In this document: positions 7,779 through 10,728 of the stretch, in pieces
How positions within the stretch are numbered: position 1 is the first letter of the stretch
Layout of the letters: every line of letters starts with the position of its first letter
NCBI GenBank assembly: GCA_041497675.1
Contig: JBGQGY010000120.1
Location: 1 to 10,728, forward strand
Direction of reading: 5' to 3'
Source of the DNA: a bacterium
Lineage (GTDB): Bacteria > Sysuimicrobiota > Sysuimicrobiia > Sysuimicrobiales > Humicultoraceae
DNA length: 10,728 bases
The notes under the pieces: model-generated
What the model was told of the DNA's origin: nothing
The model's input: only the letters and a program-made list of their open reading frames with translations
Database searches by the model: none
Position numbers and translations under genes: made by a program

Positions 7779-7814
7779 GACCGGTACCATCGGGTCTCCA
7801 CCCGACCTGGGGGC

Positions 7815-7842
7815 TCAGACGGGGGTCCCGGGTGCCGGTTGG
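7815..7842 (-). promoter_or_regulatory. Putative second ECF-sigma promoter upstream of the regulator-feoB unit
   Basis: CCAACC-N16-GTCTGA; shares AAC, the 16-nt spacing and the 12-mer GGACCCCCGTCT with the promoter at 9657-9684. Confidence 0.5.
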
Positions 7843-7851
7843 ACGAGGGCT

Positions 7852-7885
7852 GTGTGCGCCGTCTACGGGGCTAGACGCCGCACAC
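7852..7885 (-). terminator. Stem-loop after the anti-sigma gene (possible terminator or mRNA-stabilising hairpin; no U-tract)
   Basis: Plus strand gtgtgcg-c-cgtcta [cggggc] tagacg-c-cgcacac: 13 bp with one mismatch, about 10 nt after the stop at 7895. Confidence 0.55.
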
Positions 7886-7894
7886 GCGCGCGTG

Positions 7895-9073
7895 TCAGAC
7901 TGGCCGGTCCGCGCGCCGGATCGTCCTCCGCAGCACGCCCCATCCCAGCGCGACGACTAGAGCCAGCGGCAAGAGCGAGGCCGCGAACGCTGCGATTCCC
8001 TCGACAGCCTCGAGCATCTCGTGCACCGTATTGAGGAAGGCCGCCTGAATGCGCCCGATCGTATGGTCGAAATCCCAGAAGCCGCCCGACCGTTTCTTTG
8101 GCTTCTGGCTCACCTCGGCCTGAATCGTCGCGAGGTCGACGCGGTTGGACAGGAAGCGCATCCGGCCCTTGAGCCGCTCGATCTCCCCGCGAACGCGCGA
8201 GACCTCTTGCTGAACGGCCATGAGGTCGGGGATCTTCGTGGCGCGGTCCATGAAGGTCAGCAGCCGCGCTTCCTGGTGCTCCAGATTGCGGACGCGGGCA
8301 TCGAGATCGATGAACTCCTCGGTGACGTCCTGCCCGGTGATGTGGCGGCGCTGGACGGTCCCGAGCTGCTCGACCTGCCGGACGGCCTCACCAAAGCGAT
8401 TGGCCGGCACGCGCACCACAAACGTCCCTCGTGGCACCCCGCCGGACTCGTCATACGAGGAGTCGGCGATGAACCCGCCCGCCGCCTCGGCGATCGAGAG
8501 CAACCGGCGCGCCGCGTCGTCGAACTTCTCGACTTCAACGACGATCTCACCTGTGCGAATGACCTTCCGCTCGAAGGCGGGTTCGGTGCCGGATACCGCC
8601 GGGTTCTGGGCGGGTACGGGTGCCACAGACTGTGGCGCGGCAACTTTCGAGCGCGACCCCGACGATGCCGGCTCTGACCGATCGGCATATTCCGCCGCCC
8701 GGCGCGGCGACAGTTCCTTGACGAGGTTGGCCGCGAAGATCCCCACGAGCAGCACGGATGCGACGGCGGCCGCGGTTTTCCATGACCAGCGGACATCGGG
8801 CCAGATGATGCGCCATCGCGATGACGACCGCGCCGGCGAACTCGCAACCAGCTGTTCGATCCGGCCGCGTACGGTGAACGCGAACCCTTCCGGGACCTGC
8901 ACGGGCTCCACCTCCCGCAGTAGCCGCACGGTGGCGCGCATCTGCGCCAGGTCGGCGCGGCACGGCGCGCACTCGCGCAGATGCGTCTCAACATCCGATG
9001 CCTCACGGGCCGGCAACGCGCCGTCGATGAGTGCCGACAGTCGAGCGCGGACGCCTTCGTGGTTCATGTTCAT
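7895..9073 (-). CDS. Zinc-finger (zf-HC2/ZAS) anti-sigma factor with a transmembrane helix and DUF4349-like extracytoplasmic domain
   Basis: LSALIDGAL...HLRECAPC (HxxxCxxC); TM AAAVASVLLVGIFAA; RKVIRTGEIVVEV...GGFIADS...VRVPA...GQDVTEEFIDLDAR...EIERLKGRMRFLSNRVDLATI (DUF4349-like); C-terminal hydrophobic helix; 4 nt after the sigma gene stop. Confidence 0.88.
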   Translation of the reverse strand: MNMNHEGVRARLSALIDGALPAREASDVETHLRECAPCRADLAQMRATVRLLREVEPVQVPEGFAFTVRGRIEQLVASSPARSSSRWRIIWPDVRWSWKTAAAVASVLLVGIFAANLVKELSPRRAAEYADRSEPASSGSRSKVAAPQSVAPVPAQNPAVSGTEPAFERKVIRTGEIVVEVEKFDDAARRLLSIAEAAGGFIADSSYDESGGVPRGTFVVRVPANRFGEAVRQVEQLGTVQRRHITGQDVTEEFIDLDARVRNLEHQEARLLTFMDRATKIPDLMAVQQEVSRVRGEIERLKGRMRFLSNRVDLATIQAEVSQKPKKRSGGFWDFDHTIGRIQAAFLNTVHEMLEAVEGIAAFAASLLPLALVVALGWGVLRRTIRRADRPV

Positions 9074-9077
9074 CCCC

Positions 9078-9638
9078 CTATCCTTCCGCCGCGACCAGGT
9101 CCATCAGCGGCCCGCGCAGCGCCTCACGGCCTCGGCTCAGCCGCGACCTGACGGTGCCGACAGGGATCTGCAGTATCTTGGCGATCTCTTCGTAGGCGAG
9201 TCCCTGGAAGTCGCGGAGCACGACCACGACGCGGTATTCGGCCGGCAGGCGTCCGACCGCAGCGTGCACCCGACGGCTCACCTCACGGCGGTGGACTTCA
9301 GCCGCCGGGTCGTCGTGAGCGGGTTGATCGGCCGGCAGTTCGACCGGCGGGACGTCGGGGCGCCTGCGCACGAGGTCGAGCGCGGCGTTGGTGGCGATTC
9401 GATGCAGCCAGGTCGAAAGGGACGACTCGCCTCGGAAGCGCGGCAGCGCCTGGTAGGCGCGGACGAAGGCGTCCTGCGCGGCATCGGCGGCGTCTTCGTG
9501 GTTGCCGGTGATCCGATAGGTCAGATTGTAGACGCGGTCCTGGTGGGCGAGGACGAGCGACTCAAAGGCACCGAGGTCGCCTGCGCAGGAGCGCTTGATG
9601 AGGTTGCGTTCGTCCTCGGTCACCCGGTTCTCCACCAC
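9078..9638 (-). CDS. ECF sigma-70 factor (RpoE/SigW-like); start may be GTG 9635
   Basis: Region 2 DAADAAQDAF, FRGESSLSTWLHRIATN; region 4 LPAEYR...GLAYEEIAKILQIPVGTVRSRLSRGR; 186 aa; SD GGGAGG at 9647-9642. Confidence 0.96.
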   Translation of the reverse strand: MVENRVTEDERNLIKRSCAGDLGAFESLVLAHQDRVYNLTYRITGNHEDAADAAQDAFVRAYQALPRFRGESSLSTWLHRIATNAALDLVRRRPDVPPVELPADQPAHDDPAAEVHRREVSRRVHAAVGRLPAEYRVVVVLRDFQGLAYEEIAKILQIPVGTVRSRLSRGREALRGPLMDLVAAEG

Positions 9639-9656
9639 TTGCCTCCCGTCGACTGG

Positions 9657-9684
9657 TTAGACGGGGGTCCGAGGGGAAAGTTCC
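9657..9684 (-). promoter_or_regulatory. Autoregulatory ECF-sigma promoter
   Basis: GGAACT-N16-GTCTAA on the minus strand, matching the classic RpoE-type GGAACT(T)/GTC-AA pattern, about 20 nt upstream of the sigma start. Confidence 0.8.
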
Positions 9685-9725
9685 CAGCTATGAGAGACTT
9701 GTGACGACCCGGACGGCAGGGTAGA

Positions 9726-10478
9726 TCAACACGCGGCGAAGTTCAGGTACGAGGAACGGCGTTCGCGCACTTTGAATCCCGGAGGATGACGGAAGTCGCG
9801 AATATCTCCGGTGAGGAACCGCTCGGCGATGGCGCGCTTGCGCGCAAGACAGGGCACGTCGGGAGAGTAGTAGATCCACCGGAGGAGCTTGATGGCATCC
9901 TTCTTGGCAAAATGAAGCCTGTGAAGAGATGCTCTGCCGACCCCGCGTTCCTCCGCGATCAGATAGCCGTCGACGCCAAGCAACGACGTTATGCGTTCTT
10001 GAAGCCATTCAACGTGCGGCCGGCTCGCTGATAGGAACCGCACATACAGACGCTGGTAGACATAGTTGGGCCTCTTTTTTGTGCAGTAGCGATCGATATA
10101 CACGGTGATCGAACCGTCTCCGTCAAGATGGCCCCGCAGGAAGTCTCGGAAGTACTCGTCCGGGATGTCGAGGGCACCGATCGTATGCGTCTTTCGTGGA
10201 GTCAGGCCAATGCTCATCAGCCACTTATGGAAGAGCCGGTCCCCAAACGTGCTGCGGAACACTCCCTTCTTTGTATGTCCTCCGGGGTGCCTTGCGATGT
10301 GAGTTGCGATGTCCAAGATTCGAGCAAACCTCCGGAGTTGCTCAACGTCACAGGAGACAAGACAGATGTGGCAACCGCTGGAGGAAAGGTTCCCGTCAGT
10401 CGCGATCAGCCCCACAGCGTATGCCAGATCTGGCCGCCATACGCGCCGATGAAGGGGGCCTCGTGGTCGCATGCCCAC
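9726..10478 (-). CDS. Free-standing double-motif LAGLIDADG (intein/DOD-type) homing endonuclease-like protein
   Basis: Motif 1 LAYAVGLIATDGNL, GLTPRKT lysine block, motif 2 DFLRGHLDGDGSI, terminal LARKR block; SD GGAG (10490-10487) 8 nt before the GTG; lower GC than neighbouring genes. Confidence 0.9.
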   Translation of the reverse strand: MGMRPRGPLHRRVWRPDLAYAVGLIATDGNLSSSGCHICLVSCDVEQLRRFARILDIATHIARHPGGHTKKGVFRSTFGDRLFHKWLMSIGLTPRKTHTIGALDIPDEYFRDFLRGHLDGDGSITVYIDRYCTKKRPNYVYQRLYVRFLSASRPHVEWLQERITSLLGVDGYLIAEERGVGRASLHRLHFAKKDAIKLLRWIYYSPDVPCLARKRAIAERFLTGDIRDFRHPPGFKVRERRSSYLNFAAC

Positions 10479-10587
10479 GACTGCAGCTCCAGCCTCTTAG
10501 ACATGAAGACTTCAACAACGAGAATCGGCGGGCAGCCAGTCTCGTTACAGGAGTTAAGGAAACAATTATGTTCGCGTAACTAGCGAT

Positions 10588-10674
10588 TGGTGCCGGGGGC
10601 GGGACTCGAACCCGCACGGGGTTGCCCCCAACGGCTTTTGAGGCCGTCGTGCCTGCCAATTCCACCACCCCGGC
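10588..10674 (-). tRNA. tRNA-Leu (anticodon CAA), CCA end encoded
   Basis: GCCGGGG/CCCCGGC acceptor stem, D-loop with TGG, ACGGC-CTCAAAA-GCCGT anticodon arm, long variable arm GGGG-CAA-CCCC, GCGGG-TTCGAGT-CCCGC T arm, discriminator A plus CCA; 87 nt. Confidence 0.97.
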
Positions 10675-10702
10675 AAGCGAGGTCACGCAGTAGACGCTAA
10701 GA

Positions 10703-10711
10703 ATCGTAGCA
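10703..10711 (-). promoter_or_regulatory. Extended -10 promoter (TGcTACGAT) for the tRNA
   Basis: TG-n-TAnnnT 28 nt upstream of the mature tRNA 5' end; the -35 position falls at or outside the window edge. Confidence 0.5.
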
Positions 10712-10728
10712 TGCCGGCTTCTTCGAAC

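Noticed and set aside
7761..7894. Known metal riboswitch (yybP-ykoY or NiCo/czcD) upstream of the Feo operon
   Set aside because: The conserved sequence blocks and four-way junction were not recognisable by eye; only the palindromes and hairpin reported above are supported.
8220..9704. 494-aa plus-strand ORF
   Set aside because: Antisense shadow of the sigma and anti-sigma genes with low-complexity composition.
10497..10524. GTCTAA as a third ECF -10 element upstream of the endonuclease
   Set aside because: No AAC-containing -35 at 16-nt spacing (it reads TTCTCG).
10558..10575. Possible LexA box (CGAAC...GTTTC) upstream of the endonuclease
   Set aside because: The spacer is 6 nt rather than the 4 nt of GAAC-N4-GTTC, and one half-site is mismatched.
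9640..10674. Group I intron, intein or integrative element (attL/attR) explaining the endonuclease
   Set aside because: The tRNA is uninterrupted and ends in CCA. The ORF has no intein splicing blocks or flanking exteins. No integrase, duplicated tRNA 3' end or target-site duplication was seen in 9640-9725.
10396..10686. 96-aa minus-strand ORF spanning the tRNA
   Set aside because: Overlaps the tRNA gene and the endonuclease start in another frame; no coding signal.

Overview
GC-rich bacterial chromosomal window with every real gene on the minus strand. In transcription order: tRNA-Leu(CAA), a free-standing lower-GC double-LAGLIDADG endonuclease, an ECF sigma factor, a zinc-finger anti-sigma/DUF4349-like protein, a DtxR/MntR-family regulator with an N-terminal membrane anchor and two FeoA-like domains, feoB, polA, coaE, and a secreted copper-amine-oxidase-N-terminal (stalk) domain protein that runs off the left edge and is missing from the ORF track. 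Main points of interest: (1) an intact-looking homing-type endonuclease directly behind a tRNA, with no intein, intron or integrase; (2) a membrane-tethered regulator with Mn-type ligands, whose upstream spacer holds two related palindromes and a second copy of the ECF promoter; (3) a Shine-Dalgarno plus TGATG junction inside feoB that suggests an internal start or a fusion scar; (4) a PolA with several non-canonical motif residues, including DYSQIDLR at the steric gate. All assignments come from motif recognition by eye; no database search was run.
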